From: Haliotis cracherodii
Taxonomy: Eukaryota
DNA: 64,000 nt
Reading direction: 5' to 3'
Assembly (NCBI RefSeq): GCF_022045235.1
Contig: NW_027266271.1
Location: 12,586,001 to 12,650,000 of the forward strand
Part shown: positions 23,549 through 36,694 of the stretch, in pieces
How positions within the stretch are numbered: the stretch's first letter is position 1
How the letters are laid out: each line of letters begins with the position of its first letter
The notes under the pieces: model-generated
Told to the model about the DNA's origin: nothing
The model's input: only the letters and a program-made list of their open reading frames with translations
Databases searched by the model: none
Program-made: the position numbers and the translations under genes

Positions 23549-26500
23549 ATGTCGGCTAAATTCAGACCTATTTATCAGGAATCTGGTGAAGAAATCATCC
23601 CTACTCCTGAAGGACAAGAGATGCTGCAAGTAAACAAACCTGCTGAGTACGAATCCATTGACGACAAGTCTACTGCCGGTAGTTACGCTAGCACTGACCA
23701 CAACAACCCAGGTTCTGTTGAATATCACTCCACTGACGACGTCAACCAAGCTCCTCCCGATCAACAGGGGACGGAAGAAAGCAAATCGGATTCTGATGAT
23801 GGCTATGACTGCATTGCTGACGTTAACCCTGTGTATGACTACATTGAAGCAATAAACGAGCCACGTACTGTAAGAGTTGAAATGGTGTATTTTTAACCCA
23901 CAAAGTTATAAGTCTCGGATCAGAATAAAATCATTTATTTTAATTATCTAACATCACCGTTCCATTGTGTTATGACGATTCTTGTACCGGTCTAACTGTA
24001 ATAATTCTAACTGTTTAAGAATATTTCGGTGTCCCATAGGCATGACAGCAACCCTTGATTGCAGCTTCGAATTCACCATGCTTATGATCAATGGTTAACG
24101 TGTACCATATCCATGCTTGGCGTCTAAATAATATTGCAATCAGTTGGAAGATTACCAAACGAATCTGTGGTTAAGAAACTGTAAATAAAGTACATATCAT
24201 AATAAAATGGTGATACGGGGTTATCGAGTAAGGTAGTGTTACATACATAATATTTGGAGGCAAGTGGTATTTTGGTTTTATTTTTTTGTCGACCTCATAC
24301 ATAACTTTTCACAACCAGTAAAATGTTCAAACACAAGGTTATTTTAACGCTTGAGTGCACACACTGTAAATCCTCAAACGACTTTTTCAGATGTCAATGA
24401 GAGAAGCAGCATCTGGAAGGATCATGATTGTCGGTCTGATAATAAACCTCATTGCCGGCGCCTTCTCTGTCTTCTGCAAAAGAAGAGCTGACCGGGAAGA
24501 GGCCTGCGTCAGTTTTCGACTGGCCACTGCAGTGGCTGGTACAGTATATCCAAACTATGTGTTTAGACATCATCGTACTCACTAACTCATTTCTGAACGC
24601 ATACCTTTCATGATGTTTATATTCTTTTTCAGCTGTCTGCTGTGTGCCGCTTATGATCAAATATGATCTCAGGAAGGTAGCCATTGCCGGAAGCGTCGGT
24701 CTCATCTGTTTTTGTACACTGCTGACAGTGTCACTGGCAACTGGAATTGATGTCCTAATTGTTCCAGAAAGTATCATTGGGGGTATGGTTGTGACATTTT
24801 GTTATGGAAGGCAGCAGCTGGTTAACATATGTAAAGTTAATTTCATAAAAAAACGGATGTCTGATAATGATCCAATTTCTTTACGTCTTGATTTTGTTAA
24901 AAGTATTGCTGTATTTATTTTTATTGACTTTTAGGGATGGAGACTGAGGTGGGAGAAGAATTCAAATCAATTAATAGCAGTTCTAATTTGTTTACTTTGA
25001 AAATGAAATACCTGCTGAATGTAAGTAAGACAAAAGGAGCCACACGAGCCTTATAGTGGCCTATATAGTTGCGCCCCTCAGCTGTACCAGGATTCTCAGA
25101 TCAAACGTGTGCTCGCCATAGTATGATTCTTTGTTTGCACGATAGTCGTGTTGATGGGTTTCACCAAAGCGGTAAACGTCTACGATTTGCATCACTTCGA
25201 GTTGTTCTCCCACATGAAGCTGACACGCACTAGTATAACTGAAATACTGTTCAAAGCAGCGTTAAAACCAACTCATCCATTCAAGCAGGAAACTATCGGG
25301 AATGCAGTAAATACATATTGTTACCTGTTTCTGCTCGTTTTTGTTCCTTTAATAATGAAGTAGTTATATTGAGTATCATATTTTATTCGTCTTTATAAGA
25401 GATTCTACATGTTAAAACACAAAACATAACATTTAAGCTAATATTTGTAAAAACACCCATCTATATTACAGGTACTGCATACGGCCTTTTGGGTACAGCT
25501 GGATTTGTCGGCACCATCCTCCTCCTCCCTGGCCGCCTTGCTCTCGCTGTCTTCATCAGTTACGTCGGATGCGTCATTGGAAACATCATCGGCATCACTA
25601 TCAGCTATAAAGTTGATCCGTATGCTTTGTGGGCACTGCCAGCGCTTGGTCTGTTGTGTTGCAGGTTCCTTTCCCACTACGAGAAAACAAGAAATATAAC
25701 CAATATTTTGAGACATTCTTCATTTTATGTCACGTTGATAATGAGAACGTCAGTCTCTATTGGTGAGTTTTACGTCCTTTCAAAGCCATTCAGTCAGATA
25801 AAGTTTTGTTGTACCTTCTGGCAACAACTGATTAAAGTTTAATGTTTCCTTTAACGGCAGCAGATGAGCTGCACACTGACGACTACACACATTTAAATAA
25901 CAATATATGATGGATTGATAATGAAATATTTTATAGATGTTAACCCAGTAGGTATTAGGGGCCTGGTGTAATGAGATTGAATGTGGATTGAAACTAATAT
26001 AACATATGCTTTGAGCAGGTTTTTGCGATGCAAGGACCACTGGGTTGCTTCTATTCACTACACCTATCACTATTTATTTTTTCCAGGATTGGCAATCCTT
26101 CCATCGCTGATCAAAACTGTGTCCATTGCAGAAACGCAATATTTTCTGTTCCTTGTCCTCTTCGGCAGTCAAGTAATGTACATGGTTATTTTGGTAATGA
26201 GTGTCAGGTTTTGGAGAGAAAACCTGCGGAATCCTAGCCCAACACCTTTGGGAATGGTGGTTCTGATGATCGGACTTGGCACCTTGATCCATCAGGTTGT
26301 ACCTATGAACGTATGGATTGTGGGAGTCTATATGGCCTTGCTTGGGATAGTATTGGGTATGATACACTGAAAATATCAATTTATGTTCGAAACAACATTT
26401 CAAGATCTTCTCTTAACATTAACCATTAACGATATGTGTTCAAATCTTGTATCAGTTTTCTCAAAATAGACCTTTCAAGTATGTCTGCAAGGGAAGCATC

Positions 26501-28501
26501 TCTAATGTTGTCGTTTAGCCCACACGATAAGAGTCATCTTCAATCTTCAATTAATACTTAGTTGATCAATATTTTGATAAATGGTACACTGCAATAGCAA
26601 TATATAACCCTTGCACATCTTGGACGATCGATTAATGTCACCATTTTCAGAGTTACTTAGTATTTTTTCTGACTTGATGGGTAACATTTGTTTATAAAAA
26701 ATGTTATGTGTTCGTGGATCGGAGGTTTTCACCTCGTCATCGTGGTGTGACAGGCTGAGCAGATGCTTCCCTTAGTCTAGCAAGAATCCGAGATTATGTA
26801 ATTAGGGTTATCAACACCATACCAGTGCTAATGGGTTTAAATACAGTGGTAAACATCTAAGACAAGCATAGTTTGTGATTCAATCAACATTAGCTGCTAT
26901 ATAATCAGTAGTGTTCAAGACGTCGTAAACACAAATCACGCATACCTTTCTCCGTCTTTCAGTTGGCTTGCTTAAAAAAGTAAACATACAATGTGTCTTT
27001 CGCAACAGCGCGTCCATTATTGCAATAAGTATTTCTCATAGTAATCTTGACCTTGCAGCGTACTCTCACGTAATGATGCCACTGGTAATGCTGCATGCTA
27101 CGGGCACTGCCAACTGCAGACTGACCATTCCTGTCTTGAGATGCTGTGATGAAGTTGGTATAATCCTGGGTGTCGTCATTCTCGGTAGGAAAGATGCTGA
27201 CATAGTTGTCGTGAACCTATATTTGAAAGTTATATACACTTCATGGTGATAATAATCTCATTAATAGCGAGCAAGTTTCTATTTTGTCTTCTTTCTGTTT
27301 GTTACATAGCATATGTCTTCTCTACACTGAATGGTCCAGTGAAGTTTGTTTAAAATTCCTAGTCCTTAAGATTGTCTTCACTGGATAGTTTTCGGTTGTT
27401 AAAGGCCTTGTACAAGGAACGATAATGTCTCCGCACAGAGAGAGACCTATTGCTGGCTCCAGCAAATGTTACACCTAATCCCTGTCTAAAAAAATAAACA
27501 TTATTCTAAACAAAGTCAAGGAATGACTTTCTTTATATTCACAGAAAGTATTCGCGACAAGTCATATCATGTGAGTTCTTAAAAAGTCAGAGGATTTGTT
27601 TCAACATTTACAATCTCAAACAGATTGTTCACTGTCACTTATGTCACAAGTGACACTTTTGTCACAATATTTGATTTTTCACTTAAACCCCACTATCACA
27701 CACGACAATCGTAAGGAGCGGAATCATTCCTTAACCCATGAGGCATTTGTCACTAAAAGGGTTAACCATAGATTTTGATACGTCAATATCGTCAATGTTT
27801 CAGGTCAATTTGTTCAAAATGAAAACAAGTGCCATCTGTAGTTTATAAAGGAAACAGTATGTGAAATGATAGACTTTCTTAATGATAACATCTAGGGGAT
27901 ATTTGGGGATAGGACATTTAGGCAAAAAGGTAGGCATCCCCATGGTCTCCAATTGCGCTCCCTTTCTTACTGATACGTTTCTTAATGAGTATGGATTTCT
28001 GCTCGTTCTGCAAATTCAAAACAAGGACAATGTGGCTTAATTTAAGCATCAGGTATATCAACGATAAATAAATATCACAAACAGTTTTAAAATCGCACTC
28101 TAAAGAATCACGGGGCACAAGGCGTAAACTTATGAAGATCCAAGTATGTACAAGGCATCTCCATTTGCACTGATCATTATTGTCCTAAACGATGTTGCAA
28201 ATAAAGCGTTTCCTTTCCTTTCCTTTTCCAAAATCACAGCACATGTTTTCTTTTCCTCATTTACTTCCTTCATATTTTCCATAACATTCACGGAAAGTTG
28301 ATATGTGTAGATATGCTACTCAAATAGTTTCATGTGTGTGTCTATGCTTTTGCAGATAGAGAGACATTTTGGACACAGAATGGAGCCTTGTACTTTGCTG
28401 GAGGGATTCTCGTCGTGTCCGGGGTCGGCATCCTACTGGCGAGAGGCTACTTGAGACGCCCGCCTCCTCTGACAGATGAGGCTTTATCAATAGTTGGCTA
28501 A
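23549..28501 (+). CDS. Gene B: divergent SLC16-like MFS transporter with ITAM-like acidic N-tail, 483 aa, 7 exons
   Basis: Exons 23549-23869, 24391-24538, 24633-24782, 25472-25762, 26087-26356, 27059-27184, 28356-28501; all GT-AG, same intron phases as gene A (0,1,1,1,1,1), frame open (1452 nt). Confidence 0.82.
27300..28070 (+). mobile_element. Penelope-like RT fragment in gene B intron 6 (longer paralog at ~46830-48330 in gene C)
   Basis: RQKVGIPMVSNCAPFLTDTFL ... RYIND resembles the PLE motifs GIPMGTNCAPLLADLFL ... RYIDD; boundaries approximate. Confidence 0.65.
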
Positions 28502-28633
28502 AACACGGAATGATCCCGGATATTATTCTCCATGTACATAAAGATCAATTAGCAACATGTGTGAATAACAACTATCTCATAACTATCGAATGTTGTCAAC
28601 AAAGCTGTCTTCACATACAATATTAATATTAAG

Positions 28634-29662
28634 CGTTGTTTGCAAGTTGTGTTGGCGAGCCACGATATTACATTGTGAGGTTGTTTGCAAGTTGTGTTGG
28701 CGAGCCATGATATACATTGTGAGGTTATTTGCAAGTTGTGTTGGCGAGCCACGATAATACATTGTGAGGTTGTTTGCAAGTTGTGTTTGCGAGCCATGAT
28801 AATACATTGTGAGGCTGTTTGCAAGTTGTGTTGGCGAGCCATGATAATACATTGTGAGGTTGTTTGCAAGTTGCGTTTGCGAGCCATGATAATACATTGT
28901 GAGGTTGTTTGCAAGTTGTGTTGGCGAGCCATGATATACATTGTGAGGTTGTTTGCAAGTTGTGATGGCGAGCCACGATAATACATTGTGAGGCTGTTTG
29001 CAAGTTGTGTTGGCGAGCCATGATAATACATTGTGAGGCTGTTTGCAAGTTGTGATGGCGAGCCATGATAATACATTGTGAGGTTGTTTGCAAGTTGTGT
29101 TGGCGAGCCATGATAATACATTGTGAGGTTGTTTGCAAGTTGTGTTGGCGAGCCATGATATACATTGTGAGGTTGTTTGCAAGTTGTGATGGCGAGCCAT
29201 GATAATACATTGTGAGGTTGTTTGCAAGTTGTTTTGGCGAGCCATGATAATACATTGTGAGGTTGTTTGCAAGTTGTGTTGGCGAGCCATGATAATACAT
29301 TGTGAGGTTGTTTGCAAGTTGTGTCGGCGAGCCATGATATACATTGTGAGGTTGTTTGCAAGTTGTGTTGGCGAGCCATGATAATACATTGTGAGGTTGT
29401 TTGCAAGTTGTTTTGGCGAGCCATGATAATACGTTGTGAGGTTATTTGCAAGTTGTGTTGGCGAGCCATGATAATACTCGTGAGGTTGTTTGCAAGTTGT
29501 GATGGCGAGCCATGATAATACATTGTGAGGTTGTTTGCAAGTTGTTTTGGCGAGCCATGATAATACGTTGTGAGGTTATTTGCAAGTTGTGTTGGCGAGC
29601 CATGATAATACTCGTGAGGTTGTTTGCAAGTTGTGATAGCGAACCATGATAATACATTGTGA
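28634..29662. repeat. 45-bp minisatellite, ~23 copies (some 43-bp variants), just 3' of gene B
   Basis: Unit CATTGTGAGGTTGTTTGCAAGTTGTGTTGGCGAGCCATGATAATA; gives 15-aa periodic ORFs. Confidence 0.95.
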
Positions 29663-32600
29663 GATGGATCGGTATCCATAGTTGAAATCTCGAACACTCC
29701 AGTTGTGAGAGGATGGATTTGGGATACACTCTGAGTATATGCGCTGACGAGCCATTAGAACATGTGGTTGGGCGTCGGTGCCTGTGAATATTATATACGT
29801 TGGAAATGTGAGGCATCGAGTTAATATTCATGTAAATCACGATGTGTTGATGGTCATGATGCTGTTGATGTTCCTGATGCGGACAATGTTGAAGATAATG
29901 TGGATATATGTTGAAGAATAAACTGCGGTCACTATGTGCACCGTACGGTATCCCAATGTGTTATAGTTGTGTATTTTGTTGTGTTAAGGGGGAGAAGGAG
30001 GAGAAGTCTGTCATTACTTACGACGGTGCTACCGATCGGGCAGTTTGAGTTCATCCTGATGACATCCCAGGATTCTTTGGGAGGGTCTTAAATTTGACCT
30101 TTACAAATTTAATCTTTACTTCTAATATATTAATGAAAATGATTAAATATGTGGATTTGCTTTCGTCATACATTCAGTGCGTTTTGTAGCTCTGCCGAGA
30201 AGATATATTGAATTGTTTTGGAAAACACATCCACCAGATTATTGTACGCGTGTGTGTGTGCGTGTGTGTGTGTGTGTGTGTGGCTACTTGTACTAGTCTG
30301 GATTGATGCCGATTTATAGTGCTTAGCCCACTGAGATACCATGCCGCAGTTTAACATGAATATCTTACTCAGACACAGTATACTGACACCGAGCCGACCT
30401 GTCCTTGTTTTAGCCCCTTAATGCGCTCGAAGGTAACAACAAGTACCTTTTAACATATTTTGGTATGACGCGGCCGGGGATCGAACCCCGGACCTTCCGC
30501 TCTCCGGGCGAATATACAGCTAGAATCAGATAAATACAGTCAAATCCCGTTTATCCGACATTGTTGGTTGCTTCTGATTATGTCGGATTAATGAGTATGT
30601 CGGATAAACAATTTAGGTAGTATCAACGTTCGTGGTCGAAAATCGGACAACTACACGACAGATAACGATTCAAACATGTACTAAAAAAGGAAAAAGGAAA
30701 TGTTCATTTTGTTATGTTACTTTGTTAGCGGAATATATTTTCTAATCATGCAACCTCACAATACTACTACACAATACTACTGTTATGGACTCGTATGACT
30801 GTTTCAAAATATTTTTTAAAGCATAGTCTGGAATGGAAGTCGCCAATTTGAAACTAGTGCGGCAATGCTTAAGAAAGCTGCTTCCTTAGTGACTAATGTC
30901 GACGTCCTGCTGGTAATTTCATTGGTAGCGAGAGCTTGTATCCGATTTAATGAGATTAAGGTAATCTAGGCATGTGATTAATCCTGTTTTGTTTATTTAA
31001 AGCAGTAATTGTTTATTGTAATGCAAGTATATCTCTGCAGCCGTAGAAATATGCAGCTACTCGCCGACACGTCTCGTATCAAAGCACGGGGCTGTGTACT
31101 CGAAGGCAGATGACCACGGTGTAGACTGATCACTGTGTCGGATTAACGAGACTGATTAATAAGTAATTCCAGCAATTCGTTGAAAAATAGGTGTGTCGGA
31201 ATCAGAGTGCAAGACTGTCGGATTAACGGGTCTAAATAGCATTGATTTAATTGACTTCGTTTCCTATACCAAGCTCAAACATCAGTAAACAGTAAATAAG
31301 AAAGCGTACAACTTTATGGATAACAACTTTTGGTTTATTGCATATAGCGACGTTTCGATGTAGTGAGTGTTCGTAGTGTAATGAGTGTTTTGGGTTTATA
31401 GCCGCTTTTAACAGTATTCCAGTTGAATGTAGGAGGAGTCGGAAAGCCCGAAGAGTTTCATTCTCAGCTCCCTGTGAGGCGCTATAAGGTTACCATCTCA
31501 TCCTACCTGGGTACCCACTCAGTGCTGGGTGGACAGAGGCACATTTCGAACAAAGTCACTTGCCTAAGGAGACACGACATGTGCTGCAGGCAGCAGTGTG
31601 GGGCAGGACCCAAGCTCTAGAAACTCTCAGGAGTCAAGCTGCCTAACGTGGTCACTCATCCAACTACTCTCCGAGAACCGACGTTGCTTAACTTCACCTG
31701 ATTTATGACCTGTGTGCTGTGCACAGGGCCACGTGCGACCACACGGATAGACAATAGAAGGTGGTGTGGGTCATCTCAAAACATTTATTTCCATTGTACA
31801 TTGGGACATATCATTTATATATCAATTGCAACTTCGTCATCTTCTATAATTTTATTTTTATAATTACAAAATATCTTATTTCCCCAACAAAGAAACGAAC
31901 CAATGGTCCAAACTGTACATTATAATATTGTTGTTCTAACTAACCTGACAGCTCTCCATCATATATTGTTGGGATACATGAAGGTTTGCTGTCACTCACA
32001 CTTGATCCTTCACGCTAGCCAGGAACTTGTCCACTAGTACTTCTTGATTGGTTCGGAAGGTGGTTGTGGATCTGTCTGTATGTGGTGATGAGGCGATGGT
32101 AGGTGTTGGTGTAGGGCCGGACAAGTAGAAACACATTTCCAATGTATATTTGCATCTCATCTCGTTTTCTCTTAACTTCTGGTCCTAGAATGCAAGACAC
32201 GCCTTGAGTCAGCGCCAAATCTGTAGGTCTACAGGATGCTCTTTATACTGTTACAGAGAGTTCATATGACCAGAGATTAACTTACAATGCCAATAAAAGC
32301 CACAACGTTATATTCATTAGATTGAATTCCCAACATAATCCCTTCAAATTTCAGCTGGGTAGTGTTCCTATTGCAACATCCGATAGTGTAACATATAGGG
32401 TAGTCATTCTAAACATTGCACTACATGTACAAATATGATGGTGCGATGTTGCCAAAACGCAAGACGCACAGTAAGCTCAGTCAAGTCGCTTGGATGTTGC
32501 ATGTTTTAAAATATGGCACCGAATAGTTCTCTCTACTATTGTTTATGCGTGTCAGCTGTTAAGGGGCATACGCGGTAAAGACACTATTTAGATAGAGAAT

Positions 32601-35224
32601 ACTAAACGGCACTTCGCAAGAGTCATTCAAGCTCTAGACCAATAATAATCAACTGATTCAACCATAGCGAATCTAGGAATGCGATCACCAACAGGATATA
32701 TATCTATAGTCAAATGCAGGCTACTACTCCTCGGACGACTGTGTACAAACTCATGCTACGAAACATATTATATGTGCATACTAAGCTTCAGTCAATGTTC
32801 ATACTATCAAAACTAGCACTTGCATATGTAACACAATGATATTAACTGCTTGTAAATATAACCTTAAAAATGTCTTTTTCAACTTTATCAGTACTGGAAT
32901 ATTTCCTTGGAAAATTGAATGGACCGAGGATGTGGTCAGATACAGGTCAGTACACTCAAAACTTAAACTACATGTATTATGGAAACTAGCACTAACTTAT
33001 CCTCGTCTTAGATATTGGATCCAATACTCCCTTGAAATAGCTTCCCGACACATTACATCAAGAGAATGTTGTAAATGTGGCTGACATGTACTTCTACATT
33101 GTGAATATTTTATAAATCATAAATGATCGAAATGAATTCTTCTACACCCTCACTGACAAACTAGATATTGAAAGTTATATTCCGATGTTACCGTATCAAT
33201 TATACGAAATCAGGCTGAGTTAGGTTCACGTGCACCTTGGTGTCAGTCCCTAAGCTGGACGTGAACTGAGATGCCACATTTGCTTGTAAAACACAACTAT
33301 TGTTAATCCCTTACAGGGTTGTGGCAAACCGAAGATAAACATGCATGACATGTTGTGATAAGCAGCAGATTAACATTGAGAACAACAAGTAATATATAAC
33401 AGGTAGTATACAGTTAATTGGATGAAGCCAAATGTACAGTAAGAATAACACATAGCACACAGGTGATGTACAGCTGGATTAAACAGCTGTGACAAACTGA
33501 TTGGATCCTTATTAAAACAGTCTATTGCTTGATTAGATCAACATTGGCAGGCGAGATGTAATACTACATAATCTTACATCTCATCTGCCAATGAGTATTT
33601 TTTTAATATAAAAAACATTTGCTACATTTTACTATTATCGACAACTTGTAACCGTATGGACAAAACTTTGACTGATACATTTTCCTTTCCTCCATACTAT
33701 ATGATAATTTATAGCCAAACTATTGCTGTTTATCCCATTTTATTTGGCCAGACAGTGCGTTCAGATAGCTTTAATAGGGCTCTGATAATAACGGCTATTT
33801 GTTTTTAATCTGCTTCAATGCATGTGAATATATACAGGGCGCTAAAATCTATGACATTCCCTGTTATTCCTGTGACATCTCGTTCCTGGTTAGATTGACA
33901 CATCCTAATGATGTTTGTGTGTACTCCTTTATGAAAACTTCACTAAAAAGTTTACAATAAGAATAATATTTTGCACCTATGAAACCTGAATAATTAGCAG
34001 TAATGAAGCCAACCACGCCAGTCTTACTTGCTACAATCATATTTGCAGTTTAAGAAACACTGTTGAAATGTAGTGACTTGTTTCATATCTGTAAATGCGT
34101 CCTCAATTTGAAGGCGGCAAATTCTTAGGTCAATATGTCCATCGTTATTTTTTACATTCAAAACCTTGTGACTGCATAGCCTGATTATTGAAACTGTATA
34201 TTGAGATACATCGCGTAAGTTAGTTTTTTAGATATCTAGAGGCGTTGGGCTAACTGAAGTTTAATGTCACACTGAATTATTCATGCACTTTTACAAACAA
34301 AATATGATACCGGAAGCAATTGCATCAAAACGTTTTACTAACGTATCGAGAGTACTGCTTGTGGTGTTAATTCGTGTTTTATCTCAGTCCACAACTTGTA
34401 AACCTTGCTTATTGAAACTGTATATTGAGATCAATCCTGTCAGTTTGGGAAAACTAAAGCTATGAAAGCAACATTTTCTTGTTGCGCTAGGATTGAATCA
34501 CTCTAGAGTGACCTGATCCTAGAACTGACATACCCTATTTACATATATACATAAATATATAGACATGTGCATATCTACAGTAAGTAGTTCACAGTTAAAC
34601 AAACGATAGACAATATTTTGAATAGCGGTATCTAGCGGTAAAATATTTCTTTGATACTATACTAGTTGTTGTACTGTCCTCAGTTGACAGGTCTTAGCTA
34701 TATAGAAGTATATGGCGGCAATATTATAGATGCGAAGATTCACATGAATTGTCCGATCCTTGGGGTTGAGATTCTTTAACATTCAATTTGCTCAGTATAA
34801 AAGAAGAAAAATAATTATTCAATTTCTATTCCCTGAAAAATCTTATCGAATTTGCAGGTGGGCCATCCGTTGACTCACTTAAATAGGGTTACATTGACTT
34901 TAATATTTCCTTAAAATAAACAACAACAAAAACAAAACTGGAATGAATACACATGAAATAATTCATTTGCATTTGGGACATAATATTAGCAAACCTTTCC
35001 TTAGTGAAACCGAAGTCACACTACATCCGGGTACATTTTCGACAACGAAAAGAAACTATTCAGCAATGAAACATTCATATGAATATTCAACCAAAAACTA
35101 AATGAAACTTCCTCGAAACACACCATGGTGTAACGACTTCATTTTGTCGTTCATTGCCTCCAAGGAAGGTGATCAACATACAGTCTGGCTACAAAGAACA
35201 CATATTACACTGACGTTACCAACA

Positions 35225-35542
35225 ATGTCGTCTGAATTCAGATCAACTTCTCATCATGAACTCGGTCATCATGAAATCACCCGTACCCCTAACGGACAAG
35301 AGATCCTGGATGAAAACAGTCCTGCTGAGCACGTATCCACCGACGAAACGAAATCTACTACCGATAGTAATGCTCGCACTGACCTCAGTAATCCAGGTTC
35401 TGTTGAATATCCCTACAAAGACGACGTCAACCCAGCTTCTGCCTTTGAAGAAAGACAATCGGAAGTTGATGATGACTATGAATGCATTGCTGACACCAAC
35501 CCTGCGTATGATTACCTTGAAGCAATAAACGAGCCACGTACG
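35225..35542 (+). CDS. Orphan first exon S2 (106 aa, ITAM-like tail); alternative first exon or truncated paralog
   Basis: Near-copy of gene D exon 1; intact ATG and ACG|GTAAGA donor; followed by a truncated exon-2 start at 36632. Confidence 0.6.
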
Positions 35543-36631
35543 GTAAGAGTTAAAATCGCATGTTTTTATGGCACTGGTTACAAAGTTTATTTAAGGATTC
35601 ACTGAATTTGTTTCGGTTCATTTGGGAGATCGACGTCATGCACTTTTAGATTTGTGGGTTTCAGTGAGTATTCGATGGCAGGAAATTAAATTTGGAACAC
35701 TTGAATTGCCTTTGCATGTGTTTGTGACGGGTGCCGGTGGTGGGTAGGATAAGCTGATCTTTTCGCGATGCCTGGTATCATCACTATTTAACGGTGATTT
35801 ATAAACACATGCCGGCGATATCGTTAGAATCGTTCCATGACCTCGCCTTTTAGCAGAGATTTCTTCTGATTAGGGAAAGAGTTTTGTTTGCTTTGATTTC
35901 ATATCTTCATTCTCCCTTTGCATGCAGGTTTGTCATGACAGGTCGTTTCTCAGTTTTCCCATTTTCGCATGTTCTCTCACGTCTTTATTTATAACGTAGT
36001 TATCTAATTGACTTCTCGAACGCCACACGAAACAAAACACTATTTATGAAGCCATGAACTATATATATATATGAAACAACACTTCATATATATTGCATAC
36101 TAAGTACTAAAATACGAACAACTTCAATTCAATTTGTATGCATGCAGAAACAACTTCGTGATAAACATTACTTTCAACAGAGGTACAACCACTTGTGATC
36201 AGCCTCAAGGAGAGAACGGCCCACAACTGCTGATGTTGTGTTTGCTCTCCCTAAAATGTTAACGGGTTCTCATTGGGTCATTAATAGGGGTCATATGTAA
36301 AAGATATTTCTTTCATAAGCTCACATTTGTTAACCAATCTAAACATAGTACAGTCTTGCTTGACAACGGTATAAGGATCTATACCGAAACTTCGCCTTTA
36401 CACTATTAAAGAAGTTGTTATCCATAAATAGTGTCTACTTTGTCATCCGTCAACTTCTAGGTAATGCCTATCAAACAATTCAATCTAAACATAACCTATA
36501 AAACAAATAGAAGAAGAAATCCAGTTTGCTTCAGGAACGGAACCAAAACAGAGAAACTAAAGGAAACAAGTGTATCGCAATGTCATCTCTGACATTGTTC
36601 AAATAGTTTTGCTATTTGTTCGTTATTTCAG

Positions 36632-36694
36632 CCTATGTTGAGGAAAAGAGCAGAAGAAATCAAATATCTTTTAATTGAATTGAAACATGTGTGA
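36632..36694 (+). pseudogene. Truncated exon-2 remnant after S2 (PMLRKRAEEIKYLLIELKHV*)
   Basis: Duplicate of the 20009 remnant. Confidence 0.55.

Noticed and set aside
28549-29697. 382-aa and overlapping ORFs; CRISPR-like regular repeats
   Set aside because: Products of the 45-bp minisatellite: the units abut with no unique spacers, there are no cas genes, and the paralog has a single unit.
32150-33200. Possible LINE RT/C-terminal coding relic (paralog ~53700-54420)
   Set aside because: Too degraded to assign a family by eye.
35102-35224. In-frame N-terminal extension MKLPRNTPW... of S2
   Set aside because: Broken by a stop or frameshift in the S1 and D copies and absent in B/C; the conserved start is the downstream ATG.
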